Shown here: one piece after another, positions 1 to 11,366 of the stretch
Layout of the letters: every line of letters begins with the position of its first letter
Numbering within the stretch: position 1 is the first letter of the stretch
Source of the DNA: Leucoraja erinacea
Taxonomy: Eukaryota
Length of the DNA stretch: 64,000 nucleotides
Assembly: GCF_028641065.1 (NCBI RefSeq)
Contig: NC_073396.1
Location: forward strand, 10,602,001 to 10,666,000
Direction: 5' to 3'
Made by a program: the position numbers and the translations under genes
Notes under the pieces: generated by a model
Database searches by the model: none
What the model saw: only the letters and a program-made list of their open reading frames with translations
What the model was told of the DNA's origin: nothing

Positions 1-570
1 TGCTGCCTGATCCCTTGAGTTCCTCCAGTTGTGTGTTTAGCTCAGAATTCCAGTATCTGCAGTTCTTGTGTCTTCGTTTACAATCAGCCTTTTTAAAAAC
101 CATCTTTTTTTCAAGTACTTTTTTTAGTTTTTTTACTCTTTACTTTTTGTATGCTTGATTCTTTGGCTCCAAATATAAAATCTTCACAATTTTATAACTG
201 GATATAAGTTATTGTGAGCAGCTTGCACCTGAGAGTAAGCTTTGATTTCCTCTTCCGTATTAGTTTATTCCAAGTTTAGCAATTTCGAAAATTTATATAT
301 TTTTTAAATTATCTTTCTACATCCTTCTTTCTATCTTGGTGCAAGAATTAATATACACAGAATATGTTTAACTTTCTTGAATGGATTAATGACATCTCAT
401 AACTGTTCAGGGTGGAAATATCTGGGCCATTCCACCGCATCATCTCTGTACTTCACTCTACATTAACAATCCTACAAGGTCTCAGAACCAGCATTAGTTT
501 ACAGCCAAGGGATAACTGACAGGGTGACAACCCTGGCCACACCATAGACAGGACCTGTCATTCGACTTAC

Positions 571-733
571 CATTTAAAATAACAGTTCCTAGTATTCCAT
601 TCAAATTAAGTTGATCTGTTGAATTTGCTAAAGAGGTAGTCGCCTCCTCCAGTGCGGAAACAAGATTTGCGATGTTCTGTTCATCTGCCAAAACTGAACT
701 TAGTAGTGTAATTGCGATCAGAATGGATTTCAT
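571..733 (-). pseudogene. Duplicated C16orf89-like exon 1 (ORF and GT donor intact; no exon 2 at the expected position)
   Basis: [54 protein letters not shown] then G|GTAAGT; about five substitutions versus 31660-31822. Confidence 0.75.
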
Positions 734-2328
734 GCTTACTCGTCTCTCCCGCAGTTTGCCCATCAACTGCTTGTGGCGCTTCTTATGGAACTGTCTTTCA
801 CACGTAACTTGTTCCCTGCAATCACTGCTACAAGGCTGGTTCTTCTACAGAAGTTTTATTTACATTCATGCAGCGTCATGCAGCGTGGAAACAGGCCCTT
901 CGGCCCAACTAACTATTGCAAATGTTACTCCATTGGTCAAGAAGGGAGGGAGACAAAAGAGGGGAAACTATTGGCTAGTTAGCCTGACTTCAGTTATAGG
1001 TAAGATTTTAGAGTCCATTATTAAGGATGAGGTTTACTTAAAAGCATTCAGCAGGTCAGGCAGCATCTCCACTGATCCAAAACGACGACTATACATGTGT
1101 ACAAAGTACGCAAAAAGTTGCCACGTTTCTGGCGCCGATGAAGTTACAAAAGTACTCTTTGTTCTCAGTGGCGCCAGGTTCCTCATTCTTCTCAGCAGCC
1201 ACTCCCCCACTGTCCCCCATTGGTCAACATTTGACCATTGTGGACTCCACCTTTCCTTGATCTCTTGTTTCCCTTTCCCCTGACAGTCTGAGGAAGAGTC
1301 TCGACCCGAAACGTCAACTATTCCTTTTCTCCAGAAATGCTGCCTGACCCACTTGAGTTATTCCAGCCATCTACCCCCTTTGATCTCAGCGACCTCACCA
1401 CTGGGTCCCTCTTTGTTCTCATCGGCACACCCCCATCGCCTCTCTACAAATCTTTCTTTACCCAACAGTAAAACTGGTTCCAATAGTTTGTACTTTAAAG
1501 TCTTTGTCACGGTCTGTTCCAAGAGCATGCCATTCACTTTGTAACTCATTTTCACCTAGCCCACAGTTAACAATGGCCTGCTTCCTTTATCATTGTTACT
1601 TTTGTGCATATCTTTCATTAATGTGTTTTATATCTCTGTCTTTATCTCTTGTTTCCCCGTCCCCTGGCTCTGTCTGAAGATGGGTCTCACCAAGAGAGTT
1701 GTGAATCTGTGGAAGGCAGTGGAGGCTAATTCACTGGATGTTTTCAAGTCAGAGTTAGCTGACTTGGGATATAGGGAAAAAGCAGGAATGGGGTACTGAT
1801 TTTAGCTGATAGGCCATGATCATATTAAATGGCGGTGCTGGCTCAAAGGGTTGAATGGCCTACTCCTGCACCTGTTTTTCTATGTTTCTATGACCCAAAA
1901 CGTCACCTATTACCTTTCTCCAGAGATGCTGTCTGACCCGCTGAGTTGCTCCAGCGTTTTCCGTCTATCTTCAGTTTAAACCAGCAGCTGCAGTTCCTTC
2001 CTACATTCACTATGATAAGGCCATTTTCCCTTTTGCAATGAGCAACAGCAGTGTTGTTTTCTTTCATGCCAAAACCTGAACAGATTGTAAGGTATAGGAC
2101 CCTAAAAACTAACGTTCAGGAACAGCTTCTTCCCTACAACCATTAGGCTATTCAATACTACAACCTTCAAATGAGCTCTGAACTACATGGACTATAATTG
2201 TTATTATTGCACTAATTTTGCTTGTTTGTTTTCTGTGCATGTGTGAGTGCATATATATGTATGTATATATGCACTCACACATGCACAAAAAATATATATG
2301 TGAGTATGTGTGTGTGTGTGTATATAAA

Positions 2329-2885
2329 TGATGAAGCCGAATTTTAGTTAAAAATATAAGAAGATATTAAATTGGCTTCTGGGATAGTTTACAGCTTATA
2401 TTTAGTCTCAAATTAGGCTTGCCTCGGGTGCGGTGTGTGAGATAATAAATACTATAACATTGTCTCCCAAGTGACGAGGTGACAGAGAGGAAGAGAGAGC
2501 TAGAGTCATCTCTTTGAAGTAAGATGTCGTAAACCAAGTGTCCTATGTTTATGAGGGAGGAGGTGACAAGAGAGGAGAAGCTAGACTGATCTAATGGATA
2601 GTGACAAAATGCCTTTGATGTGATGCCTTTTCCTGTACCTCTGACCATGACTAATGTCTGTGGAATGTGCTAAGGTGACAAAGAAACACTATAAAATGCG
2701 ATGTAATTCTGTTGTTCAGGGAAAGTGGGGAGGACGGTCAAGTGTCTGTATTGGTCACTTGACTGGAGTTCTCCCTCCCTTCCATCGGCCGATAATAAGT
2801 AAAGTTTTGAACTGGTCTACCAAACAGTTTGTGTGGTGTCTGTTTATTAAGAAGCGAACCTGTTTAGTAGTTATATAAGCAACTT

Positions 2886-2890
<5 letters not shown>
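2329..2890. mobile_element. Probable solo LTR (TG...CA, 562 bp) inserted in a (TA)n/(TG)n microsatellite
   Basis: Absent from copy B (~33330); begins TGATGAAG and ends CTTTTTCA (imperfect terminal inverted repeat). Confidence 0.6.
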
Positions 2891-2944
<54 letters not shown>

Positions 2945-2978
2945 TATATATATATACACACACACACATATGTATATA
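2891..2978. repeat. (TA)n/(CA)n microsatellite
   Basis: Direct reading. Confidence 0.95.
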
Positions 2979-3209
2979 ACATGTTATTGTGTATTGTGTG
3001 TTCTTTTTTGATTGTACTGCTGCCCTTTATTGTGTATGTGATGAATAAAAACTGATAGATTGATATGTATATACACACACTGAACTTTTTATCTCGTTTA
3101 TTATATTGTTTACAGTTCCTACATACTATGTTTGCATATTCTGTTGTGCTGCTGCAAGTAAGAATTTCATTGGTCTATATGGGCCATATGACAATAAAGC
3201 ACTCTTGAC

Positions 3210-3253
3210 CAAAGATTATAGAGTAGTATCTTTATATACCTCTAGTATCTTTG
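3210..3253. mobile_element. Short hAT-like MITE remnant (CAAAGAT...ATCTTTG) with 8-bp flanking repeat CTCTTGAC
   Basis: CTCTTGAC at 3202-3209 and 3254-3261. Confidence 0.55.
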
Positions 3254-3315
3254 CTCTTGACTTTCAGCGCGCATGTTCCTGGTTCAGCAGCAGCAGCAGC
3301 AGCAGCAGCACAGAG

Positions 3316-3337
3316 CAAAGATCCTCTAGGATCTTTG
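3316..3337. mobile_element. 22-bp palindromic hAT-like micro-element with 8-bp TSD GCACAGAG
   Basis: GCACAGAG-CAAAGATCCTCTAGGATCTTTG-GCACAGAG; copy B (~34020) has a single GCACAGAG. Confidence 0.75.
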
Positions 3338-4689
3338 GCACAGAGGCTTTGCAGTGAATGCAGGGTCCGGGGTTCCACTAGGGGCCCCGGCTCCGCTGAC
3401 TGTGCGCCGCTCCTCCTCCCACCGCCGCCGTTGCCGTCATGGTTTCTATCCACTTTATTCCTGGCGGTTTCCCTCTACAGTCTTTACCTCGCAGGTGCGA
3501 GCGTGGCTCTACTACTACTACTACTGTTGTTGTTGGTGCCGGGCGTGTGGAGTCGCCGGCGGCGAGGCCGAGGAGGCAGCCGCCGCTCCGCCTGTGTGCT
3601 GGTGATGGGCGACCTGGGCCGCAGCCCCCGCATGTTGTGCCACACGCTGTCGCTGGCCCGGCACGCCTTCAGTGTCACTGCTGTCGGCTATCCCGGTGCG
3701 TTCAAGACCAAGGCTAAACTAGCCACCATTTATGTCATAGTGTGATACAGCGTGGAAACAGGCCCTTCGGTCCATCTTGCCCACACCTGCCAAACATGTC
3801 CCAGCTTCACAAGTCCCACCTGCCTGCGTTTGGACCATATCCCATCCAAACCTGTCCTATCCATGTACCTGTCTAACTGCTTGTTAAATGTTGGGATAGT
3901 CTCTGCCTCAACTACCTTATCTGGAAAGTACACAAAAAAGCTGGAGGAACTCAGCGGGTGCAGCAGCATCTATGGAGCGAAGGAAAAAGGCAACGTTTCG
4001 GGACGAAACCCTTCTTCAGACTGAAACATTGCCTTTTTCCTTCCCTGAACACAATACACTAAATGTGGCCTCACCAACATCTTAAGGGTGATGCCTTTTA
4101 TAAGTGTGATGTCTCACCAAAGTGCTCCAATTAATTCTTACATATTTAACCGCATTTAAATAAAGCCAATAACAATTAATCACAGACACAAAATGCTGGA
4201 GTGACTCAGCAAGACAGGCAGCATCTCGGGTGAGAAGGAATGGGTGACGTTTCAGGTAGAGACCCTTCTTCAGACCTAATCAAGGTCTTCCTTCCTAAAC
4301 AATCTGTATTACTAAATTACTAAATCTCTGATCTTGACCGCTTTTGGCCCACTGTGCTGCGATTTCCGACAGAACGCCGCGACCTACGGCCGTCATTTTT
4401 GGCCACCTCGCTCAGAGCCCCCCTCCGCCTTACGGGTGTGGAGGATTTTTCCCATTGATGACAAAACAGAGAGATATTAATGTTTTTTAAAAATTCACCA
4501 TTCTCTCTGCTGCCCCTGCTGGAGGGAGGGCGAGGGACTATAAAACCAGGAAGTGGCGTGCCTCAATCAGTCTCTGCAAGATGGATGAAGCCAAGGGTCA
4601 CGTCTCTATGAGCTCTGAATAACACTGAACAAATGTCTACACAACTGTGAGTACCCTTAATGTGGTTTGAAAATGAAAATATGGTTTGT

Positions 4690-5515
4690 TTGAAGTAAAA
4701 AGGCACTACTTACTGCACATGGTGGCTTGTGAGCTTTGGTTTAAAGTTGAAAGGCACTACTTACTGCAAAGGGTGGCTTGGGTGTTTTGGCTTGAAGTTG
4801 AAAGGCACTACCTACTGCAAATGGTGGCTTGGATGCTTTGCATGAAGTTGAAAGGCACTACTTACTGCAAATGGTGGCTTCGGTGCTTTGGCTTGAGGTT
4901 GAAAGGCACTACTTACTGCAAATGGTGGCTTGGGTGCTTTGCTTGAAGTTGAAAGGCACTATTTACTGCAAATGATGACTTGGGTGCTTTGGCTTGAAGT
5001 TGAAAGGCACTACTTACTGCAAATGATGGCTTGGGTGATTTGGCTTGAAGTTGAAAGGCACTACTTACTGCAAATGGTGGCTTGGGTGCTTTGGCTTGAA
5101 GTTGAAAGGCACTACCTACTGCAAATGGTGGCTTGGGTGCTTTGGCTTGAAGTTGAAAGGCACTACTTACTGCAAATGGTGGCTTGGGTGCTTTGGCTTG
5201 AGGTTGAAAGGCACTACTTACTGCAAATGGTGGCTTGGGTGCATTGCTTGAAGTTGAAAGGCTACTTACTGCAAATGGTGGCTTGGGAGCTTTGGCTTGA
5301 AGTTGAAAGGCACTACTTAAATGGTGGTGGGTGATTTGCTTGAAGTTGAAAGGCACTACTTACTGCAAATGGTGGCTTGGGTGCTTTGGCTTGAAGTTGA
5401 AAGGGCACTAACTGCAAATGGTGACGGGTGCTTTGGCTTGAAGTTGAAAGGCACTACTTACTGCAAATGGCAGCTTGGGTGCTTTGGCTTGAAGTTAAGA
5501 GGCACTACTGCAAAT
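4690..5515 (+). repeat. 51-bp minisatellite (~16 copies) inside the Helitron
   Basis: Unit TGGCTTGAAGTTGAAAGGCACTACTTACTGCAAATGGTGGCTTGGGTGCTT. Confidence 0.95.
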
Positions 5516-5892
5516 GCACTTACTTCCTGTTTGCACTGTATATTGATTTTAGATAAAACGCTACCACTTACGGCTGTTATCTTTGGCCATCTTACTCAGT
5601 CCCCCCTCCGCTGAGCAGGTGCAGAGAATTCTTCCCATCAAAGAAAAATAAAAGTGTTATTAGTGTTTAAAAAATGTTGAGAATCTCTCTCCTGTCAATC
5701 ACGCCCTGAAAGCCACACCTTTTCCGGTGGGAGGGGGAGGTGTTATAAAACCCGGAAGTGTGGGTGTGGCTCAGTCTCAGCATGATGGGGGAGGGAGAGG
5801 TCATGACATTGTCTGAGCTGTGAATCAACTGAACACACTGAATGTCTACTGAACTGTGAGTTTGGTGTTTTGCGTGGTTTTATGGTGGTTTC

Positions 5893-6100
5893 ACCCTGCA
5901 TGAAATGGTATGAAGCTGCATTTGAATTTGGTGGCCTTCGACCCTGCTTGAAATGGAATGAAACTGCACTTGAATTTGGCGGCCTTGGATCCAGCTTGAA
6001 GTGGTATGAAACTGCACTTGAATTTGGTGGCCTTGCACCCTGCTTGAAATGGTAGGAACATGGATTTGAATTTGGTGGCCTTGCACCCTGCTTGAAATGG
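5893..6100 (+). repeat. 48-bp minisatellite (~4 copies) inside the Helitron
   Basis: Unit CCCTGCTTGAAATGGTATGAAACTGCACTTGAATTTGGTGGCCTTGCA. Confidence 0.9.
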
Positions 6101-7244
6101 AATTTCAAGGAATAATCATGAGTCAACTGCCAGCCCACCAGCCGTGTGTGAGCTGCCAGCAGATCAGGCTTGAGGGACTGAGCTGCCACCCCAAGAACCC
6201 ATACCAGCACTCCAGAAAGCCCCCCCACTGGCCACCAATATTGGAATTGGTGGAGAGGTGGAATATTGTGTCGGGGGACCAGCCCTCCCGTGTGAACATG
6301 GGACCCAACGGGTCCCACTTAGTCTAGTTAATCATACAATTAAATCAATCAAATGCCTTGTATTTGACTAAGTGAGGGGAAACGCTTTGAGCAAACCCAA
6401 GACCACTTTCTTTAATTTGAGGTACTTAATTACAAACATGATTGTAATAATGTATTTATTTTGAGTTATGATTATGCAAGGATCTAGCAGGGTTCCCCTA
6501 AGATTTCTCCAAAAATTCAGCACTTCTAACATATTAAGGTTGCTGGCTGTGCATTCGAGCCAAAACCTAGACTTTTGGTGTTTAAACCTCACACATATTG
6601 GATTGATTTGTTTCGCATCTTTAGTGATTTGCACTGGATGTAATTTTTTGTATTTAGTTTGAACAAACAATGCTGTAGGGTTTGGTATATTTGTTTTTAC
6701 ACATCGTTGTTTGATACTAGGGGCACAGTGTGGCAGCTGACAGAGCTGTTGCCTCACAGCACCAGAGCCCTGGATGCCTCTGGTTTTCTCCCACTTTCAA
6801 AAGACATGTATGTTTATACGTTAATTGTCCTCTATGAAATCGTTGCTAATGTGTTGGAAGTGGATAAGATATTGGGATAGTATAGAACTAGAGTGAACAG
6901 AGTGATTGATGGTTGGCATAGATTTGATGAGCTGTTTCTTTAAACTCCATCTCTAAAGTTTGTTATTGAAATCTATCATTTCCAGATTTTTTTCAACTGT
7001 TTGAATTATGTTTTTCAGGTGCAAAACCTCATAAAGATGTTTTAAATAATGATAAGATCAAAATTGTCTACTTAACAGAAGTGAAGACAGCAACAAAATG
7101 TAAGCACTGCCATATTTGTTACACTAATTATATATGTAGGTTTAAATTGCCACATGTATTGAGATACGGTGAAAAACTTTTTTAATTGCTATCCGGGTTA
7201 AACATCCATGTCATGTGTGAATACAATCAAATCATGCAGTAACA

Positions 7245-7480
7245 GGGTAGTGCAGCTGGTGGAGGCACTGCCTCTTAGTGCCAAAGATCCAACTTCAATC
7301 CTGACCTCAGGTACTGTCTGCGAAGTTTACACATTCTTCCTGTGACAGCATGGGTTATGCCTGGGTACTCCGGTTTCCTTCCACATCCCAAAGATGTGTG
7401 GGTTTGTAGGATTTATAGGTCTCTGTAAATTTCCCCTGGTGTAACGAGTGGCTGAGGAAGTGGGGTAACATAGAACTAGC
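7245..7480 (+). mobile_element. HE1/V-SINE-like tRNA-derived SINE
   Basis: Degenerate A/B-box head and the TCCGGTTTCCTTCCACATCCCAAAG core; related copies near 6720, 12240, 17210, 24955, 36020. Confidence 0.7.
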
Positions 7481-8034
7481 TTTTGCTAAAAGACTGATAA
7501 TTTTTCAAAAAATATTATTCTTGCGGAATTCTACTTCTAATGGACTGATAATACAGATAAATAGTGAAATCACCAAGACACAATGATCATGAAGAGGAGG
7601 CATTTTCACCTCTTTCCACTTTCAGCTGGCACACTACAGATATAGAATAACACAGATATACAATAATAGAAAATATATCACATTCTTCCACTGACATTTT
7701 ACTGAGGCTAGTCAAAATGAAAATTTCGAGTCTTATTGAAAACAAAGCTATCTCCAAGGGTTACAAAACCATGAAGAGTATATTTCATTAAATAACAGAA
7801 CAGGTTTGAGAGAATCAGTGGACTACTATTCCACTGAATCCAAGGGTTCAGTGATCACATCTCTGACTTTCTGACAATTGCATCTAGACTAGTATTTATA
7901 TGGTTATTTGATTTATCCCCTTCCCTTAAATGCCAAAAGGAGTCTCATAATGAGATTCATCAAACGATTTGCACAATTACCAAAGCTAAGCTTATATAAA
8001 TTGTTAATATTCATTAGATAATTCATAGTTTCAA

Positions 8035-8720
8035 GATTCAAGATTCAATTTAATTGTCACATGTACCAACTATGGTACAGTGAAATTTGAGTCACCATAC
8101 AGCCATACTAAGTAAAAAGCAAAAATGTACACAGCAGATAAAATAAAGTTTAACATAAACATCCACCACAGTGGAATCAACATTCCTCACTGTGATGGAA
8201 GGCAATAAAGTTCAGTCATCTTCCTCCTTCGGTCGGGGCCTTTGAAAAGGGCCTTTGAACGGGGCCTTTGACGACGGTCCGCTGTTCAAGCCCTCTTGTC
8301 GGGATGATCGAAACTCCAGCGTCGGGACGGATCAGAACACTCTGCGGCAGGGGGCTCCCGAGTCGACCGCTTCTCAACAGAGACCACTGCTTCACGGTGT
8401 TAAAGTCCACTGGCCCCACGGTTGGAGCTGCAACACTAGCGATCCTCGGCAGTAGATCCCAAGCTCCGCGATCGTAAGTCCGTGCTGCACCCGCGGCTTG
8501 AAGCTCCTAGCCGGTCTTCAGGACAGGCCGCACCACTCCGTGGGGGGGGGGGACACAGAGATGCGACATGGAAATCTCCGTCGAGGTAAGTGACTGGAAA
8601 AAGTCTCCCCCAATCCACACCCCCCGCATAAAATGTACCGAGAGACATTAAAACTAACATTCAAGACATTCTAAATAATAAAAACAGAGAAGGGACAAGA
8701 TAGACTGCTGGCGAGGCGGC
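8035..8720 (-). mobile_element. Non-autonomous LINE-derived repeat with short tandem tail
   Basis: TTCAAGA tandem at the left end; shares ACATAAACATCCACCACAGTG...TGTGATGG with 60410-61135 and 53184-53860. Confidence 0.55.
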
Positions 8721-11366
8721 AAATTGTTGTGCATTAGCTAAAACGTTGTTCATTGACTTAAAGCTGCACCAAAATTATGTCAAAAGACTCGTCTCATAAG
8801 TCTGACATGCCTTGTAAATTAGCTTCAAATGTAGCAAAGTTCATATCAGTCTTTGTGAATGGTGATTTCCCAGAGAGTTGCTGATGGAAAATGTAGAATG
8901 TAAAAACATTGAACATTATTTGAAGACAAAAGGAACTGCAAATGGTGATTCACAAAAAATTACATAACATGCCGGATTAACTCAGTGGGTCAGGCACAAT
9001 CTTCACCAACCCAAGACTGCGCCTCTCCATATTTTCGAGAGATGCTGCCTGACCAGCTAAGTTACTCCAGCACTTTGTGTCCTGAACATAAAGTAAAAAC
9101 TGGTGAGGCATCCTTTTGATAATAGTGGTCTCATTCAATGATTCAATGCAATGCTTCTTTATTGTCACACATGTCTCGGGACAGTGAAATTCTTTGTTTT
9201 TGCATACATTACATAATGCACACAAAGAGTCGCCACTTTTCTGGCGCCGTCAAAGTTACAAATGTACTCTTTGTTCTCGGCGGAGCCGAGTCCCTCTTTG
9301 TTATTGGCGCCACTGCCCATCTGCCTCTCCACGGTCTCTCCACAGCTCAACCATGTCTCCGCGACCTGATCGCCAGGTCGTTCTGCTCCATGGTGCATCC
9401 CGGGAGCTTCCTACACTACGGGGCTCCATCTACACTTTTATACATTTACTATGCACTGAAGTTCAACATTACTTTGAGGAATAACATCTAATTTTCCATT
9501 TGGGCATGCTACATCCCTCTTGACTTAATATTGCTTTCAGGAATTTCACTTAGCCATCTTTTCTAGTTTGTTAGAACTGGTTACTTGGGGTATAAGATAT
9601 TGGAATTCTAGGCAGGTGTGGCCACATCTGTGGAGTGGGGGACGTATTTCACCTTCATGATCCTTCATAGTGGAGGTTTCTCATCCTAAGTCATCGGCTA
9701 TATTTCCCCCTCCACAGATGGTACAACAGGTAGTGCAAGTAGAAAGGAAGCAGAGTGCAGAATTTAATGTTACTGCTGCAGGGAAAATGTAGATATAAAA
9801 AGTGCAAGCGCCTCAACGAGATATTACATTGGGGAATCCGTAATTACATTTGAACTTTTAAACAGTACAGATTTACAGTCATTTTTCCAGTGACAAGGGA
9901 TTAGATTGTCATGAAATAACGGGAGGCGCTTGGGTGGTCCATGGAGCAGAGACTGTTAAGAGGAAAGTGATAGAGGTCCATGAATGGTTTCAATTAAGTA
10001 AATAAAAAGCAACTGCTTCTAGGAACTGAATGGTTGATAAACCAGAGAGCAGAGATTTACCATTACAGGCAACCAAACCAAAAGAGGGTTACAGGGAAAT
10101 AGCTCTTTACATATTTACATTGACCAGATGGTGGGTACTGTTTCAAGAGTTACTTTCACAAGGAAGTAAATGCAGTACAGTATAGATATACAAACAATGG
10201 TCTAAATGGATCTGTTTTTGAAAGACAAGGAGTTCCCTAGACAGAATGTCCCCCTGGGATGCAAAATTCAGTAATTCTCTATAGCATTTTCTACTTCTAT
10301 CATGTCCGTTTGGCTCCCAGCCCCCTTCACTTTTATGAGACAACAGTGTATTGTCCTCTTCATGTGAAACGTGAACACTGTGCAATCAACCAGATCCTCA
10401 GCATTGATTACAGTTCTACTCGAGTGATCTTCATTAGCAAATTAATTCTCTAAATATATTTATAAAGCACTTTGGAAACATCGTGCACGTTTTTCCCAAT
10501 TATCTTTCCTATTTCAGTCCTCTCTTCATCGCCCCTTTTATGAACTTCATTTCCACTCTTCCTTGCATATGAACAAGCATTTTCTTTGAGATTGAAATGT
10601 TTAATTTTTGGGTCTTAGCTTTCATTATCTTTACAAAGTATAATTTATATTTTATAAATGCTCCAAATTTCACAGATCTATCTTTTACCTCTTTAGTAAG
10701 AAAACAGAACAACTAATTTGTGAATCAAACTAACTTTATTTCAAATCTAATTTATCACAGTTTTGTTCTATGAGATAACATAGACAAATGTCACTGAAAT
10801 CTGCACTTCTTTAATCACCAACCAACCCTTAGAAACAACCACAAACAAGTATTTTTAATCTTTCACTGCTCTGTGTATTTTTGGAAGAACAAGTTTTAGG
10901 TCTTTGTCTCTAATGTAATATTTTTTGTAAATTTAGATATAACCTCATAATATTGACAAAGGTTTTGCACATTTCATATGTATTAAAGGGGATAATGAAC
11001 TGTACATAAATATATTAAATTGCATCATTTAATCTATAGTCTAGTTGATTAATGTTCCAAAGTATGACTCCAGACTGTATTTTGGGCACGAAGGTGAAAC
11101 AATGCACTTCCAATTTCTTATTTTCCGAGACCCAGAGAAAGATCTCTGATTAGTAGGAATGGTTAGTGTTTGTCATAAAATTCAGCAAGAATCTGAAAAA
11201 GATTCTAAAGAAAACTAAAGAAAAAAAAATCCCAAAATCCCAATTAGCAATTTGAATGATCAGAAATAAAATGAAACGTAAAACTGCTATTTCAAATTAC
11301 ATTGATGGCATTACAAGTTAAACATTATCTCGCAAGACCAAGATGTTTTGGTGATGTTACGATGGT

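Larger units (their letters stand above)
4303..6327 (+). mobile_element. Non-autonomous Helitron, 2025 bp
   Basis: 5' TC, 3' CTAG, subterminal hairpin TGGGACCC-AAC-GGGTCCCA (6299-6317), inserted between A and T with no TSD; empty site CTAAACAA|TTAATC at 35641/35642. Confidence 0.92.
3439..7099 (+). pseudogene. ALG1: Truncated ALG1 pseudogene (exon 1 3439-3695, exon 2 7019-7099 only)
   Basis: 11-nt deletion right after the ATG causes a frameshift; RMLYH>RMLCH and HGF>HAF changes; no exons 3-13 follow in this copy. Confidence 0.9.
189..7239. repeat. Segmental duplicate (copy A) of 31279-36514: C16orf89 exon 1, shared promoter region and ALG1 exons 1-2
   Basis: Near-identical collinear sequence from TATAACTGGATATAAGTTATTGTG (~193 vs 31281) to GAATACAATCAAA.CATGCAG (~7239 vs ~36514), interrupted by copy-specific insertions and deletions. 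Confidence 0.95.

Noticed and set aside
494-766. Full 90-aa ORF with upstream MMGKLRERR start (also 31583-31855)
   Set aside because: The true exon ends at the GTAAGT donor; the MKS start gives a clean signal peptide and the ORF's first codon is not ATG
672-1283. 203-aa ORF open in both duplicates (also 31761-32372)
   Set aside because: Patchwork of antisense C16orf89 exon 1, a CR1 ORF2 scrap (ANVTPL.K.GGRQK.GNY..VSLTSV.GKILESI) and other repeats; conservation is explained by recent duplication
3251-3745. 164-aa ORF that looks like intact ALG1 exon 1 in copy A
   Set aside because: It starts at a TTG; the real ATG (3439) is out of frame after an 11-nt deletion
4690-5515. Regular 51-bp repeat array resembling CRISPR, and its repetitive ORFs (WLEVERHYLLQMVA...)
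   Set aside because: Head-to-tail units with no unique spacers, inside a Helitron in vertebrate DNA; the ORFs arise because the unit length is a multiple of 3
9625-9720. Imperfect hairpin (CATCTGTGGAG...CTCCACAGATG) as a possible pre-miRNA
   Set aside because: The arms resemble the abundant Penelope-type foldback repeat and the stem is short
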